Positions 62,632 through 64,000 of a stretch of DNA of 64,000 nt are shown here, piece after piece. A program made the position numbers and the translations under genes. A model generated the notes under the pieces. The model was not told the origin of the DNA. It searched no databases and worked only from the letters and a program-made list of their open reading frames with translations. Within the stretch, counting starts at the first letter, position 1. Every line of letters begins with the position of its first letter. This DNA comes from a virus. The stretch lies in the IMG/VR virus record IMGVR_UViG_3300037493_003528, positions 1 to 64,000 of that record, one strand, 5' to 3'.

Positions 62632-64000
62632 GCACCATATCACCTGCAGAACTTGTAACTCTTAGGACAAAACATCCTCACAGTGGGAAGTTTTATTTAT
62701 CAATTTTATCTCCTACCGTTGTGTATTGTGGGAAGATATCTATTGCTATTGTTAGAGGTGCAACACAAATAACGTTATCCAACATTAGTGGTGATATTGC
62801 AAATGTTGTTGAAGGTAATACAATTTATGTTGGTATGGCGTGTGGGGATTATAGTGTTTCTATCAGACGATACAGGTCCAGAGTTGGAAATGTTATTACA
62901 GTAGACGAAAATTCTGTGGTGTGGGATGTTTCTCACTACATAACAATTCTTGATAATCATGAAGTATTCCCAATATATCCCTTTATTTCTGATACTACAC
63001 CATTTGTTTTTTACAAGGATAAGGACATAGTTTATTCAGATCAGAATACATATCCTCCTCCAGTTGCAATAGCTGGTGCTCCAAAGGTTGGTTTTCTGAC
63101 TGCTGGTATGATAACGTTCGACTTGGATGCAAGTGATAGTTATGTAATTGCTAGTGGTGCCACAATTACAACATATCACTGGGAGTGCTCCAGTGGTAGT
63201 ATAGCAAATAGTAACATTGCTGTTACAACTATTTCATTTACTGTTGCAGGGCAATATTGGTTAAAGTTAACAGTAACTGATTCCAATAATAAGTCGCAAA
63301 TAACTTATAGACGTATTTATGTGCATGAGAGAAGTGGTGTAAATGCTCCATGCCTTGATTTTGAGATTACATCTAATCCTAATGGCTCTTACGATTCTGG
63401 TTGGAGTATGAGGGTGAAGTTACTGAAGGGAGCAGAACTAACAAATATATCAGATGGTACTCAGGTAGTTTTGTGGTATGAATCTTACTACGATGGTGTT
63501 GAACAGTATATTGGTGATGCTGGTAATGTTAGGTTGGTTGGATACATAAGATCTGAGACAGTTAATAGGCAATTATCGTTGGGATATGTTGAGTTTGAGG
63601 TTGCTACGATAGATGCTGTTTTGGATGCTTGTAATATGTTTAGTATATCGCTCGAAGAAAATGCTATAGTTGATACATGGTATAAATTTCCAACCACAAC
63701 ATTAACGGTTGCTAGGGCAATACACCATTTGTGGAAATGGCATAGCACTTTGTTTGAAGTATGCGATGTGTTTTTACCAGTAATAAATACCAACACAATG
63801 TCTGCATGTGATGATATGGAGAATGGAACGTTATTAACTCTTACGAGTTGGGCATATTCTAATGGTATTTATGCTAAGACATGTTGTGACAAACTTGGTA
63901 GAATGCACGTGGAAGAGGATTTGTTACTGGTGTCATTGACAAGACAAGCTGCAGTTCCTGTGGTTTTGGATATATTAGCAGTGGATAGACGTGGTGAATC
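62628..64000 (+). CDS. tail tip/baseplate protein with PKD-like domain (3' truncated by window)
   Basis: ATG 62628, MSTISPAELVTLR...; PPVAIAG, LDASDS, TYHW, GQYWLKLTVTDS. Confidence 0.7.
   Translation, partial: MSTISPAELVTLRTKHPHSGKFYLSILSPTVVYCGKISIAIVRGATQITLSNISGDIANVVEGNTIYVGMACGDYSVSIRRYRSRVGNVITVDENSVVWDVSHYITILDNHEVFPIYPFISDTTPFVFYKDKDIVYSDQNTYPPPVAIAGAPKVGFLTAGMITFDLDASDSYVIASGATITTYHWECSSGSIANSNIAVTTISFTVAGQYWLKLTVTDSNNKSQITYRRIYVHERSGVNAPCLDFEITSNPNGSYDSGWSMRVKLLKGAELTNISDGTQVVLWYESYYDGVEQYIGDAGNVRLVGYIRSETVNRQLSLGYVEFEVATIDAVLDACNMFSISLEENAIVDTWYKFPTTTLTVARAIHHLWKWHSTLFEVCDVFLPVINTNTMSACDDMENGTLLTLTSWAYSNGIYAKTCCDKLGRMHVEEDLLLVSLTRQAAVPVVLDILAVDRRGE

Overview
A 64-kb segment of a large, AT-rich tailed dsDNA phage, probably a siphovirus, with essentially all genes on the + strand. 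The host may be monoderm, possibly Chloroflexota; this is inference only. Gene order: (1) 1-13.3 kb, DNA hypermodification, replication and recombination genes (P-loop kinase, aGPT-Pplase1-like protein, Nmad1/DUF1599, UDG-PolA fusion, dCTP deaminase, UvsY-like, gp32-like SSB, SbcD, RecA, 5'-3' exonuclease, RuvC-like, sigma-like factor, TerS-like). (2) 13.3-24.3 kb, an array of unrelated enzyme/effector domains that all carry the same ~25-aa leader, with terL embedded in it. (3) 24.3-39.4 kb, glycosyl/methyltransferases and modular collagen, LamG and Kelch-like fibre genes. (4) 39.4-45 kb, lysis genes, a Tad2-like gene, GT4, and a thymidylate-synthase-like dUMP hydroxymethylase. (5) 45-64 kb, portal, MuF-like, protease/scaffold, capsid, two glycosyltransferases, neck, tail, chaperone, tape measure and tail tip. 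The main candidate novel system is 14 copies (in 13 ORFs) of the leader (hydrophobic)4-K|SF(P/K)xHxGIPGHxGGSLxR. It is fused to ADP-ribosyltransferase-like, PI3/4K/HipA-like kinase, papain/transglutaminase-like, HEXXH zincin, zeta-toxin and unknown domains. This looks like a protease-cleavable capsid-loading tag for a shuffled arsenal of virion-delivered effectors. Also found: a repeated putative phage promoter CAAGTTTAGTA, a +1 tail-chaperone frameshift, nested in-frame starts, and an unusual Trp at the PolA 762 position. All family calls come from motif recognition by eye; no searches were run.
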